NCBI GenBank assembly: GCA_964016885.1
Contig: OZ024740.1
Coordinates: 106,206,001 to 106,270,000, forward strand
Reading direction: 5' to 3'
From: Eledone cirrhosa
Taxonomy: Eukaryota
Length of the DNA: 64,000 bases
The position numbers and the translations under genes were made by a program. Under the pieces are notes generated by a model. The model saw only the letters and a program-made list of their open reading frames with translations. It ran no database searches and was not told the origin of the DNA. Shown piece after piece: positions 39,070-52,407 of the stretch (positions are counted from its first letter, which is position 1; every line of letters starts with the position of its first letter).

Positions 39070-39922
39070 TGTTGCCGCTATTGCTGCTGATATTGCTGCT
39101 GGTGCTGTTGCCGCTATTGCTGCTGCTGCTGTTAGTGCTGCTGGTGCTGTTGCCGCTATTGCTGCTGCTGCTGTTAGTGCTGCTGGTGCTGTTGCCGCTA
39201 TTGCTGCTGCTGCTGTTAGTGCTGCTGCTTATGTTGTTGCTGCTATTGGTGCTGCTACTGATGTTATTGCTGCTGCTGTTGTTGCCGCTGCTGCTGTTAT
39301 TGCTGCTGCTGTTGTTTCCGCTATTGTTGCTGCTGCTGTTGCTGCTGTTATTGCTGCTGCTGTTGTTGCCGCTATTGTTGCTACTGTTGTTTCCGCTATT
39401 GTTGCTACTGTTGTTGCTGCTGTTATTGCTGCTGCTGTTGTTGCCGCTGCTGCTGTTATTGCTGCTGCTGTTGTTTCCGCTATTGTTGCTGCTGCTGTTG
39501 CTGCTGTTATTGCTGCTGCTGTTGTTGCCGCTATTGTTGCTACTGTTGTTGCCGCTATTGTTGCTACTGTTGTTTCCGCTATTGTTGCTGCTGCTACTGT
39601 TGTTATTACTGCTGCTGTTGTTGCCGCTATTGTTGCTGCTGCTGCTGTTGTTTCTGCTATTGTTGCTCCTGCTGCTGTTATTGCTGCTGCTGCTGTTGTT
39701 GTTGCCGCTATTGTTGCTGTTGCTGCTGTTATTGCTGCTGCTGTTGTTGCCGCTATTGTTGCTGCTGCTGTTGTTATTGCTGCTGTTGTTGTTGCCGCTA
39801 TTGTTGCTGCTGTGCTGTTATTGCTGCTGCTGTTGTTGCCGCTATTGTTGCTGCTGCTGCTGCTGTTATTGCTGCTGTTGTTGTTGCCGCTATTGCAGCT
39901 GCTGCTGTTGCTGCTGCTGCTG
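39070..39922. repeat. cryptic (GCT/GTT/ATT) trinucleotide minisatellite
   Basis: recurrent TTGCCGCTATTGTTGCTGCTG units. Confidence 0.9.
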
Positions 39923-40031
39923 ACGATAACGATGATGATGATGATAATGAAGATGTTGATGGTGATCATATAACTACTACTACTACTACTACTACTGCTG
40001 CTGCTACTACTACTACTACTACTACTACTAC

Positions 40032-40078
<47 letters not shown>

Positions 40079-40322
40079 TTTTCTTTATTAACCACAAGGG
40101 TTTACATAAAGTAGATATTAAGGACAGTACAGGACAATACAGGACGGTACAAATGGGCATTTCTGCGTGTAAAAAAAAACAGAGGTTGAAATAAAATAAC
40201 AAAGAAAAATTCCCCAATAGGGGGGAGACTTCCGAGGGACATTTGTGAAGAAAGCCCATTAAAAGACCACAGTGGCCCTGACCACCAGGGCAAGTGCCCT
40301 CTCCCAGTTTTCCACCTTTAAT

Positions 40323-43300
40323 TTACAGACACATACTCAGAGAAGGCCCATTCATTCGGGCCATACTTGCTTCTCTCACCCATCTTTCAACAAAATGCTG
40401 GGAAGAGAGCACTTCCCTCTCTACCCTGATTTTCCTTTTCAAATGAAATTTGAAAAAGTTAATCAGGGCATCACCGAAGAGGTAAGTGCTCGTCTTCAGC
40501 CCTTTCAAACGTGTCCACCATACTATCTCTTTCGCCATGGCCACCTGACAGATAAAAACTGCCTGCCCTTCCCGGCTAAAGGAAGAGGGCGGGCAATCCT
40601 CACGATGGACCCAGATGATAGCCGCATCCGTCCTACACCCGACAGCAGGTGTTCGACATAAACCCACAAGTCAGCAATTTTCGGACACTGGACGAGTGCG
40701 TGCAGGATGGTTTCGTCGCCCTGCGCGCATCTCGGACATGCTCGGCTGACGGCACCTCCATGCCTGTAGAGTTTATCCCGAACTGGCATGGCTCCTCGGT
40801 AGCACTGCCAGGCCAGAGATTTCTGGAAATTGTCCATAGGTCCCGGCCCGAAAGTTCTTCCGAAAAGATTGGCTAGTTGATTTTCGTCGACGCCTAGAGT
40901 TTCCCCAAGTACGTCGTCGCTCTTCCCCTCCACTAATCCTCTATAGAACGCCGAGGTAAGTTTCCACCGATCACATTGCCCGATTAGTCGAGGGCTGTGA
41001 GCGCCTGAAGACATTCCAGTCTCCACCACTCCCTCTCGGTCTTCGCTTGACCCAGGACTGCAGCTCCGTCAAGGAAACGAGCTGGGGAAATACGTGTCTA
41101 GCAAACGGCGACCACACCTGATCACCGTCGAGGAAGAGGTGATGTCGTAGCCTGAGCGCGTGTCTGCGCATCATCGGCCACGGCATTCAAAGCCCTCCAC
41201 GTAGCGGGTGATGACAGCAGATGGACCGCCTGACCATCGGAGCGCGTCCCTTCCACAAAAAGCGAAAGAGCAAACGCTCCAGCACAGTCAGGCGGGGCTT
41301 AGAACAAGGTGCGACGGTCAGGCGGTAGCAGATGACAGACGCGATGTACGCGTTAGCCACCTCCGCTCGACCTTTCAGGGATAGCTTCCTCTCCGCCCAT
41401 TTCTGGGTGAGAGAGGTCACCCTGCTCGTCACCTCGTCCCAGTTTTTGTCCGTCTGGAGGTCCGGACCGAACCAGAACCCTAGCAATTTAACCGGTCCGT
41501 CCGTCCAGCGTCCGACGACGCTGTTGGACGGCATGGACCTGCCTCTCCAGGTGCCGAGCTGCAGGCCCACTGACTTTTCCTGGTTGATCATTGCTCCTGT
41601 CACCGCTTCGTATTCTCTTAGTGTAGTGCCGATCGCCTCGATGTGTTTGGCGTTCGACACCACTAGGGTGACATCGTCCGCATATGCTGACACGGATCTT
41701 ACGCATCCTAGTTCGCGCGAGACGCCCCTCAACGTCTCCAGTTTGTGCAGTAATGGCTCGAGAGTCAATACGTACAAGAGGGACGAGAGGGGACATCCTT
41801 GGCGGACCGAGCGCATGATGTTGAACGGTTCCGAAAGGTGACCGTTCACTCTCACCACAGAGCAGATGTCGCTGTGCATGGCAGCGATCCAGCCTCTGAA
41901 GACGAGCCCAAAGCCAGCCGCCCTCAGGACTGCCGCTAGGTAACGATGGTGGACCCTACAGAAAGCTTTCGACTGATCTAAATCGATCAAGGCCCACCCG
42001 TGCCAGGTTCCCTAGCTACCCTCTCTACGATGTATCGCATGAGGTGGAGGTTGTCGTGGACGGATCTGTCGGGAATGGCGCATGTCTGTGCCTCTCCCAC
42101 CAGACCACCAACGACAAGCGCCAACCTCTTTGCTAGCACCTTGGCCAAAATCTTGAACTCTGTGTTTAGCAGAGTTATGGGCCGGAAATTATCTATGTTA
42201 TCCCCCTTGTTCGGATCCTTTCTCAGCAGTGCCACCGCTCCTCGGCTCACAGAACTAGGAATTCTCCTGTTCTGTTGCCAGTTGCAGTAGACGTCCGCCA
42301 AGAGGCCTCCGAACAAGTCTGGCATCTGTACGTAAAGTTCATAGGGCAGACCATCCAAACCAGGCGATTTACCCCTTCTGCAGCCAGTCATTGCCTCCCG
42401 TACTTCAGCGGCTGTTATCGGCTTTTCGCAACACTCCGCCTCAGTGGCCGAGAGCCGCGGCAGTCCGTCGAGGTAGACACTAAAGTCCATCCCTCGACCA
42501 GGCCCACCACTGCCCCGAACAGCTGAGCGAAGTGTCGCTGAAAAGCTTCACACATTTGCCCGGGATCGAGTAGCATGCGCCCGTCGTGGTCCACCAAAGA
42601 CCGGATCGTGGATTTGTTGCCACGACGCGCCTCCGCCACTCGGGCCCATTGAACGGCTTTCGTCCCCTCGTGTCTGAGAGCACGCACCCTTGCCCTGACA
42701 ACGCAGCCTTCGTGCTTTGCATTGAAGAATTGGTCAAGGGCCAATTTCGCCGCAAGCACGTCGGTCGCAATGCCTTTGCTAAGCGCCTCGTCTAATTTTC
42801 TAACTAGTTCTCCCTCTGCTCTATTTTTCTCTATTGCTAAAGCCTTACTAAACCTAATCGATTCTATTCTAATCGCTCTTTTCAGAGCAAACCACCACTT
42901 GTTGTTGACGATGGCCCCCGTCAACGCCCGCTTAACTAGTTAGCTAATCCGGTCTCTGTAGGCCTTGCGCGCTGGTAAGGACGCGTTTAGCTTCCAGTAG
43001 CCGGGTCCTCGTCTATGAAGCCTATCTATGTCAAGGACACAGATCACGAATTTGTGGTCCGTGTAGCTGACTATCTTGAATTGTGGACAGCCTATGCTAG
43101 ACCTATCTATTTCCCTACAAAATACTCTATCTAGATATGATCTGGATGACCCTATGCGATTTGTCCAAGTCCACATTGGCACATTCGGGAAATCCAATCG
43201 GTACCTGTCAGACAGTTCAAAACGCCTGAGCAGGTTGGTGAGGCTCTTGCACCCTCCACCCTATCCGCTAATCCTACACAGTCCCAGCGTGCATCTAAGA

Positions 43301-43733
43301 TCCCGTTCCAGTCGCCCACTAACACTAAAGAGCGGGACGCTCCAAGAAAGGTCTCCAGACGCCGGAAGAAATCAGGCCGCCCTGCTCCTATCGGGGCATA
43401 GACGGCCACTAGCCTGAAAGCTTGCCCGTCTCCGCTGATCACGTCCAGCACCACCAACTTACCTTCTGGGACCAGGAAGATGGCCCGTGTGGCGAGATCC
43501 AAACCTCTCCGAAAAAGCACAGCAACTCCTCCCCCCGATCCCGGACGGCTGGGAGATGCGTACACAACGTAGCCGCCGAAGATCGGTGCGAAGGCCCGTG
43601 CTTCGGAGATTCTGGTCTCGCTGATGGCCACTACATCTATGTTTAGTGACCTGAGGTCGTTGAGCAGGTGACCCTGCTTCCATGACGACCCCAAGCCACG
43701 CGCATTTATGCTGCCTATTCTGAGTGAGGTCAT
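40323..43733 (-). pseudogene. Tx1 ORF2 (APE endonuclease-reverse transcriptase), frameshifted
   Basis: consecutive ORF fragments with the canonical motifs. Confidence 0.93.
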
Positions 43734-43768
43734 GTTTAAAATAGAGTGTAAAAGATGGGAAAAACCAC

Positions 43769-44077
43769 TTACCGTACTTTTCGTAGAGGAGGGATGGTTT
43801 TTCCATCCCTCTTCACTTGAACGTCTGGTGAAGGGACCGTTGAATCGTCCCTTCGGCTGGTCGTCGGCTCTTCTATGAGTATGTCCGAATATACTCTTCG
43901 GTTGAGAGTCCCTCCTAGGTCTCTGAAATCACCAACTGCGTTGGGGTATTTCGTTTTAATGTTTGTGTATTGTTTCTGTGCTATTTTTAGCAGTCTTATG
44001 TTAGTTGGCGCTTTGATTGGTGCTGGTATTATGTAGTCGTGTTGTGAAATGTCTGTGTATTCAATTATGTAAGTCAT
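43769..44077 (-). CDS. small inter-ORF reading frame of the Tx1 element (102 aa, unknown function)
   Basis: open ATG-TAA; homologous peptide at 61541-61822 (PNAVGD, Y[ST]DIL, STVPSP). Confidence 0.55.
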   Translation of the reverse strand: MTYIIEYTDISQHDYIIPAPIKAPTNIRLLKIAQKQYTNIKTKYPNAVGDFRDLGGTLNRRVYSDILIEEPTTSRRDDSTVPSPDVQVKRDGKTIPPLRKVR

Positions 44078-45452
44078 TAGTTTCTTGTTGTGTGTATTTA
44101 TTGCCGGTCATTTGTTTTTCTGGGGGTGAGGGTGTGGTTCTGCTATTTTCTTGTCGTTGTTGCTGGGTGTGTGTGTTTTGTTGTTGTGTTTGCGATGTTG
44201 GTGCTTGTGGTGGTGGTTTTGAAGGTGTTGTTGTTGTTGGCGGTGGGGTTGTCGCCGGTGGTGATGGTGGTGCTAGTGTGGGTGGTGATGGTGTTGGTGG
44301 TGTTGCTGCTGTGAGTCTCTTTGCAGTAGCCTTTACCCTTTTTTCATTTCTTTCCTCCCTTTTCGAAGGCGACGATGCGCTGCTTCTGCGTTTGTGCCTT
44401 CTTACGACCTTTTGCCATCCCTCTCCCACCTCACACTCCATGTCTGATTCTGTGAGGTCGGGGAGGGGTACCAGCTCCACTCTTTCACTTGTTGTTGTTG
44501 GTGATGTTTGCACTGGAGTCTCTGTTGCAGCTGCATTTGGTATTGCTGTTGTTGTTAATACTTCCACTGCTGCTGCTGTTTTTGATTTCCGTGGCGTGGG
44601 TATGGGTGCCAAGGACCTATCGTTCTTGGTTGCCGCTTGTCCTGCTGCTGGTAGCCGTGGATCCGGTTTCGGAAGGAGGGGGGTTTTCTCCTTTCTCAGG
44701 GTCTTCTCGTTGCAGAAGGCACTGAGGTGAGTCTTCAATCCACAGCGAAAGCATTTCGGGCGTTTGCCCTCAACACTTATGGGCAGTTGAGTGGCGTTAT
44801 CGAAGTCTATCACATCCGGGATAGCTTCGATGCACTCCTGGTTGGTTTGGATTAACATCTCGGAGGTGCCGACCCAATCTTCTCTTACTTTTTTCTGTAC
44901 TTGCAGTACAGTTGTTTTGTCCTCGATTCCGACGAGGACAGACGCGGCCAGCCAAGAAGAATTTTTTGCCCGCAGTAGGAGGGCACCAACACCATTTCCT
45001 CGCTCCTTCGGGTCACTAAGGATTGAGCCTTTGCCTCCTGGGGTGTGGCAAAAAGTACGTCTACGGTGGCATATTTCTTGCCTCGGGTGATGTGCGTTTT
45101 CTGCTGCCACACAGACCCCAAGGCTTTTTGTATTTGAGCCTTTGTGGCTCTTTCAACCCTACGGGATTTTATACTTACTGTACGGTACGTGACCGTACAG
45201 TGCTGTTGGGTTTCGAAAAATTTTTCGGCTGTCTTGCAGATTGCTCGGTGTCCAGTTTTTGTCACCATCTTCTTCGCTTCCTCTAATTCCTCATTTGTTA
45301 TGAGGATGGTTTCCAGGTTCTTTGCGATACCTGCAAACGAGATTGGTTTTCTTTGCTGCTGTTGTTGTTGTTGTTGTCGTCAGAGCTGCTGTTACTTTTG
45401 TTGTTACTGCAGGTACTACGACTACTGTCGCCGCCGCTGTTGCTGTGGTTGT

Positions 45453-45486
<34 letters not shown>

Positions 45487-45830
45487 AATGCTGTTGTTGT
45501 TTATGCTGCTGCTGATGCTGTTGCGGCTGCTACTGTTGTTTTCCTTGTCACTGTTGCTGCTATTATTCCTGACGTCAGACGAATGAAATGGGTTTTCGTA
45601 TTTCCCGCACACCTTTTTCGTCGTTGTCGTCGTCGTCGTTGAGAAATCTTGCTCGCTTTGCACGTGATTTTTCTTTTCTGGCGTCGCTTGCGAAAGAGAA
45701 TGGAGGGAGAGAGACACATTTAGAGAAGAGAGGGAGAGAGACAATCTTCTCTCTGCTGTAGTGACGATTGAGGAAGAAGAAGACGGAATGAGTGGGAGTG
45801 ACCTATGTAAATTCTTTTTCGTAGCCATGT
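44061..45830 (-). pseudogene. Tx1 ORF1 (gag-like CCHC knuckle, Pro/Thr-rich tail), frameshifted
   Basis: TVTYRTVS..VERAT.AQIQKALG; HITRGKKY; LPISVEGKRPKCFRCG. Confidence 0.8.
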
Positions 45831-46043
45831 TGTTTTTTCGTTTAAAATAAATATTGGGCACAAAACCCCAATAAGCGGTTGTTTAACCCCTAAGGGCCAA
45901 ATAACGGGCAGAAAGACCCCTCTCACGAGGAGGAGGGTGTTTTTGTCTACAAGTTGGTTAAAGTTTTAAACAATTTACAATTGTTATAGCGGTCAACATT
46001 TACAATACCTTACAGAGCCGAGCCTCCGTCAACCACCGTATTC

Positions 46044-46091
<48 letters not shown>

Positions 46092-46174
46092 ATTGTTGCT
46101 ATTACTACTTCTGTTGCTGCTGCTATTCCTCCTCATACTACTACTACTGTTACTACTACTACTATTGCTGTTAT

Positions 46175-46205
<31 letters not shown>

Positions 46206-46679
46206 AAGAAGAAGAAGAAGAAGAAGAAGAAAAAGAAGAAGAAGAAGAGGAGGGGGAGGGGGAGGGGGAGGATGAGGATGATGAGGGGGGGGGATAGGGG
46301 ATAAGAAGGAGGATGTGACGAATAAGACGAATAAGACCTAACTATTAATCTTGTCTAACCCAATTAATTTTCTTTCGATTCCGATCTTCTTTCATCTTCG
46401 CCTCCATTTCAAGGCTGTTTCTTCATTCAGCCCATTCTCCTAATGTTTTCTCTCTCCCATCATCCATTTCCTTCTCTATCGCGACTTTAAAAATAGAATG
46501 CGTGGTGCAAACACATAGAAGCATCTATTTTCCTCGTCAACTACCTTCTGGGAAATGCAATTTCTTGCATAATAAAGCATCATATTGAGCCCAGATAGCA
46601 AGATGGCTTGAACGACAATACAACATAAACATGGAGGGAAACAATGGACTGCCTTTCGACGAGGACAAATAATTATTAT

Positions 46680-46820
46680 TATAATTGTTTCTATCACATG
46701 GCCAGAAATTTGCGTTACTGGTACTTTATTTTATCGACCCAATAAGGATGAAAAGCAAAGCTAGCCTCGGTGGGATATAAACTCAGAGCGTAAAGGGCCG
46801 TGACTATATGCTGCAAAGAA
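46680..46820 (-). mobile_element. degenerate SINE
   Basis: TTACTGGTACTTTATTTTATCGACCC..GGATGAAA. Confidence 0.75.
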
Positions 46821-47516
46821 TGCTGTTCAACGCTCTACCGAAAGAGGACAGCACACGGTGCAAATTAATATCTATCCTTTCCAAGCTCTTCAATATTGGG
46901 TTAAACTAGATTTGGAAGCATACCGTAGTGACCCATCCTTAAGAAATACAACCATTCTGACTCTGCAAACTATCTAACTTTAAAGGTGATGGGATCAAAT
47001 TATCCTTCTTCGGTAATCACCAATGTCCCAAGAAATTTCTATGAAATCAATGTTATTAGACAGGACATCAGCAAAGTATCTGACTGCGCCTATTGAATTC
47101 TGAAGTATGCAATAACTGTGGCCATTGGTAAAAATAAATGAAAATATATGTTGTGCCAAGTAAACCGAAGCACACAGAGACTGTGTTTGTTTGAAGGTAA
47201 TATAGCAACGTCCTATTTCAAATTTTCACAATATTTTTATCGGTCTTTCATTTCGACCAACTAGACCAACCGGTGATTCGAACAAGTGTAGAGAAATGAT
47301 AAGCAACTAGTGAAAAGTAGAGTAAAATTCCTGAATTGAAGCGAAACAATTGTTTCAAGGTTTCTGTGATGCAATTTCTTTAACTACAAAAACAATGGAG
47401 ATCCATTACTTAAAAGTTGTCCGGCACATCCCTACAATCCCTTCTTTCTAGCTAGGCAGCTAGAAAGAAGTTCACCATTTGCTATAAATTTGCGGTTACA
47501 GTGGATTGGTCTAAAC

Positions 47517-48151
47517 CAGTGGTTCCCAAATTTTTTTTATCGCGGAACCCTCCTGCACATGAATTAAACTAGTAGTTGCGGAAGGTTGTACTGCATGTTC
47601 AGCAATTTCTGTATCTTCTATAGAAGATTTTGTTTCTGTATTTCTTGTAAGTTCAGTTCCTTTACGAATTTCTTGTTTGTTTTAACCATCGATCCGTTGA
47701 AGGGCTTTGAAAATAAAAATGTTAATAAAACTCAAAAATAAACTCGTTGACAAGGAGAAAACATTTATTGATACAGGATACAGCACGTGTTCACCGTGTG
47801 AGACTTCGTACCTATGTTACGTTTAAGAGAGAACTTAAATATTAAAATGAGAGATTCAAATACGTAAGTTTATTGAAAAAAGTTATAAATCTGATTATAA
47901 TTCTGAGTATTACATGGTGCTCACAGTACACCCTTAATAATGGAATACTACAACCCAACTGAACGATTTGGCTGTGAGTTCCGCAGTGTAACACTCTTTG
48001 CATGTTTATATGGGGAGTTATATACCGATCATACACGTTACAACTTTTTAGTCTTCATTTTTATAGTAAACTTCAGCTTGTGCCTTACGGAACCCCTGGC
48101 CTTGCTTCACGGAACCCTAGGGTTCCGCGGAACCCACTTTGGGAACCACTG
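47517..48151. mobile_element. hAT (Charlie-like) non-autonomous element
   Basis: TIR CAGTGGTTCCCAAA; 8-bp TSD GTCTAAAC/CTCTAAGC. Confidence 0.85.
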
Positions 48152-48269
48152 CTCTAAGCTGATGGTTTACAAAGTTGACGTTCTCACAACTAATCTGTAT
48201 GGATGTTAAGATTAAAAAGACATAAAAAGGTTCGAAACTTTTTCATTGGGAAAAGCTGCGAAAATTCTT

Positions 48270-48790
48270 ATGCATACATGCGTTGGCAAGATCATTCTAC
48301 GAATAAAGAAATTCTTGATCGAACATCATTTAAAAGCTTTAAACTGAGTAGTTGCATCATCAGCGTCGATGGAAGGGCCATGGTCAAGTAATGATGGACC
48401 ATCGACTTCAGAAAAGGCTTGTGTAAGGAGTATTGCAGGGAGAACACATTCAGTAGTACTATGGTGATACAAAAATCGACTAAAACAAACTTAAAACACG
48501 TCAATATTGATGTTGTCCTGTCTACGGCAAATGTTTCTGAACTTCTGTTCTGTAGAAAAGAAACTGTTATATTGGATGCTACTTATTTGAAAGTAATTGT
48601 AACGATGTGGGTAGGTGAAGGAGACGCCATAGAGTAGAAGTAGACAGACAATGAGGAATCTTACAGCCAGCGATGCATTAATTTTCTGGTTGTCTGTGTT
48701 CTCTGAGATGAGAAATCAGGCTTATAGTCCCATATTAGAGCATAGATAATGTGAATGGAATTGAATTCCTGACGCCGAAAAAACACAATA
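48270..48790 (+). mobile_element. highly decayed RTE-like remnant
   Basis: RWQDHSTNKEILDR resembles the RTE post-RT region. Confidence 0.4.
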
Positions 48791-49057
48791 ATGGTGATCT
48801 GTATGTATGTATATATGTATGTATGCATGCTTCTATGCTTGAATGTATATTTGGATGTATGTGTATACGTATGTATTTATGCATATGTGTATGTATGTAA
48901 GTATGCATGTAAGTGTGATTTTATGCATATCTCTTTTATGTATATATGTATTTATATATATGTATTTTATGTATATATGTATTTATGCATGTGCGTATAG
49001 ATGCATATATTTACATATTCATATGTGTATGTGTGTATTTATGTGTTTATTTACGTA

Positions 49058-49149
<92 letters not shown>

Positions 49150-49159
49150 TATAGATATA

Positions 49160-49190
<31 letters not shown>

Positions 49191-49717
49191 ATATGTGTTT
49201 TTATGTATGTATCTATTCATGCATGCACTTATATATTCATATGTGTGAGTATGTATGTACGTATATGTTTGTTTTCATTTGCACGTCTGTGTGCACTCAC
49301 ACATATCTCTATGCATTTATGCATCTAACTGTCTCCTTACCTATCTATATCCCACTCAATTCTTCAAACAATTCAGCCAGCACTCACAACTGCACTTCTA
49401 CAGAAGAGAATATTATGCTATTATGTGCTATTTCAAACTTTCTTGTCTCTACTGCTACTTTCATTTCTGTTACATCTTGTCACCCTCCTTCTTTCTTTTT
49501 TTTTCTTTCTCTTTGTTCTGTTCCATTCCATATTCACGCACATCTCTGTTACTCCAATACGCTTCCACCTTTTACCTTTTCCTCATATTTATTACCTTTA
49601 TTTTCTCTGCTTTTTCCCTCACATACTTCGTCCCTGTTTCTCTGTCTCTCCGTCTATATCTCTTTAACACGCACACGCATACACACACACACATACACAC
49701 ATAACACATACACATAC

Positions 49718-49769
<52 letters not shown>

Positions 49770-49771
<2 letters not shown>

Positions 49772-50685
49772 GAAGAAACAGGAAACAGGGGCTGCGTGGC
49801 TGCTGGATAAAGTATATTTATAAATAAGAGGAAGGCACGAACGGGGTATATTTCTCTTCATCAGTAGTCTGCTGGAGATCACGGATTAAAGACAATATGT
49901 CTATCTCTAGTGCGTCAATAACTAAAGGAAGTTATTGGGGAAAAAATATAACAGAAGGGAAAAAAGAAAGGAAAAAAGGAAAAAAAAAGCAAAAAAAACA
50001 TACCGAAGAGGTAAACACGAGCAGCACGTATAATAGCAACGGTAGAGAAAGAAAGGCTGTCAACATCAGCTACTCGACTTAAGACTGAGGTGAGGAGACG
50101 GTGGAGCAAGGAGCGAAAAGAACGGGTCTGACCTCCGCAAGAGTAGGTGAAGAGGCAGAAGCAAGAGAAACAGCGGAAGCAGCGGGGTAGCTAGCAGAAG
50201 GAGAGGGAAAAAAGAAAGGAAAAAGTGAAAAAAAACTGAAAAAAACATACCGAAGAAGGGAACACGAGAATTTTTTTTTTTTTTTTTTTTTTTTTCCTTT
50301 CTGTTATATTTTTTTTCTCTTTCTCCTTTTTTCCCAATAACTTCCTTTAGTTATTGATGCACTGGCGCTAGACAAATTGTCTTTAATGCGTAGAAATGTC
50401 CGTGATCTCCAGCAGTTCCTTCTTCTTATTTATAAATACACTTTATCCAGCAACCACACAGCTCTTGTTTCTTCTCAAAATTTTTAAGTTTTTGCTGTGA
50501 CTTGTTCTCTCTTTCTCCCTATCTACTTTGTTGCTTTCTCTAGCCTCTGCCTCTTGTTCACCTACACTTGCGGAGGTCAGACCTGTTTTTTCTTGCTCTC
50601 TGCTCCACCGTCTAGACAGCCTCGTTCTGAAGTCAAGTAGCTGATGTCGACTTAATCTTTCTTTCTCTTCGGTTGCTACTACAAT
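49770..50685. mobile_element. rearranged pseudo-LTR-like mosaic with inverted and direct segments
   Basis: 49770-49965 inverted at 50295-50473; 50030-50200 inverted at 50500-50682; short direct repeat at ~49958 and ~50205. Confidence 0.6.
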
Positions 50686-50687
50686 AT

Positions 50688-51407
50688 ATATAATCATATC
50701 TGGGAAAAGCAAATAAGATAAGAAAATAATCTTCACTTACTTTATTGTCGCTACTGCAGTTCCATTGAGAAATTAACAATACTCTAAGTATTGCGAGAAA
50801 TCTCAAATCATCAGGAGACTTTCTCAGTCAAGAAAGAAAATTCAAGACAGAAAAATTCTTCCTTGTTCGCCATCAGTGAAAATTTCAAATGGAAGAAATA
50901 TCACGTGACTAGCGATCAACAGGAGGGCAGTAAGGTGAACATTGGCAGGTAGCGTGCTGCTATAAAAAGCAGTCTGATTCGGTCAAATTTTTACTTACCA
51001 TAGGGGGGTGTATTATAAATTAAATGAAGAAATATACATGTCTTTACTCAAGTATAGATATATATAAAGACGTCCAACCGATACCAAGTTTGGCTCTTGA
51101 AAGAATTAAGAGATCAACCTATTAAGAGCGTACTATAATCATATCTGGGAAAAACACACAAGATAAGAAAAAAATCTTTACTTACTTACTTTAATGTCCC
51201 TATTGCAGTTTCATTAAGAAAATAACAATACTTCGAATATTGCGAGAAATCTGAAACCATCAGGAGACTTTCTCATTCAAGAAAAATAACGTTTCTGTCT
51301 TGAATTTTCTTTCTTGACTGAAAAAGTCTCCTGATGATTTGAGATTTCTGGCAATACTCGGAGTATTCTTATTTTCTTAATGAAACTGCAGTATGGACAT
51401 TAAAGTA
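50688..51407 (-). mobile_element. retrozyme-like family D: ~1.3 tandem units of ~449 nt plus inverted arm, three HHR copies
   Basis: 50688-50840 repeats at 51134-51286; 51292-51407 inverted; HHRs at 50747-50819(-), 51196-51268(-), 51326-51398(+). Confidence 0.82.
51326..51398 (+). ncRNA. type I hammerhead ribozyme with long stem II
   Basis: gtctc CTGATGA [long hairpin incl. aatact-cgg-agtatt] GAAA ctgcag TA tggac (gggac in a sister copy). Confidence 0.8.
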
Positions 51408-51737
51408 TGTATGTGTGTCTATGTGAAGTTATGTATGTTTCTCTCTCTTTTTCTCAGTTTTTTTTTCTTTCCGTTAACATCCAGCTATTCTTCATTAGTC
51501 CTAATTCACTACTTAAGAAATAAATGCCTGTCATACCGTTTTACCTGTCGAAGACTGTGTCAAACAGATGTCAAATCACTTGGATTGATTTTTCGCCATC
51601 TCCAACAAATCAATTCCACACGTTCACTCTGTAGTCGAAGCAGCATAACTGATGACTTTTTTTTTCCAATTTAGTTTGAAAGAATTGCATCCGAAGAATG
51701 GCTTTTAGACTTAGCGGTTATGCCATTCCCACACTAT

Positions 51738-52160
51738 ATAATTGTTTCTACGTTTGGCACAAGGCCAGGAAAGGAAGGAGAAATTTGATTAAATTTAACT
51801 CATTACTGATACTTTATTTTATCTGCGCCCGTAACGATGAAAGGCAAAGATAACCTTGGTGGGATTTGAACTCAGAATGTAAAGGTCCGTAACTCTACGC
51901 TTCATATTGTCCAACGCTCTACCGATTACTGTCAATCTCACACTATAAAATGGAATATTTACTTAATTTAGGCTCAATGACAGCAAATCTGAAGGCAGGG
52001 AAAGTTGATTAAATCAACCCCAGTTCTTCACTTGTACTTTATTTTTGTGACCTCGCAAAATTAACATAGGCCAAATTTGAACTCAGAATGTAAAGAAATT
52101 GAACAAATACCGCAATGTAATTTTATCCAATGCTCTACCAATTATACCAATCCACCACAC
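51738..52160 (-). mobile_element. two older SINE copies in tandem
   Basis: tail, central domain and B-box (GGATTTGAACTCAG) twice. Confidence 0.7.
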
Positions 52161-52345
52161 CTATATAATGAAATATTACACGCATGCACAGAACGCACAC
52201 ACACACCGAGGGACATATATGTATATTATGTGTTTATATATATTATGTATATATATGTTTATGCATATATATATATATATATATAAATGCATATATGCAT
52301 GCATACATACGTGCACTCATACATACAAAGATAAATTTTACACAC

Positions 52346-52407
<62 letters not shown>

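Larger units (their letters stand above)
40078..46043 (-). mobile_element. near full-length Tx1/L1-like LINE in an (AAT)n tract
   Basis: ORF1 with CFRCGLKTHLSAFC knuckle; ORF2 APE (RIGSINARGL, VVAISET, VGDWN, YLDRVF, TDH), RT (RQGCPLS, AYADDV), CPRC..ETILHALVQC; (AAT)n on both sides. Confidence 0.95.

Noticed and set aside
39000-40095. 307-aa poly-Leu and 288-aa Ala/Thr-rich ORFs
   Set aside because: Stop-free because the tract is a GCT/GTT trinucleotide repeat open in several frames; no splice or domain evidence
44017-44730. Antisense ORFs over Tx1 ORF1 (also 60942-61547)
   Set aside because: By-product of the Pro/Thr-rich, C/A-biased coding strand
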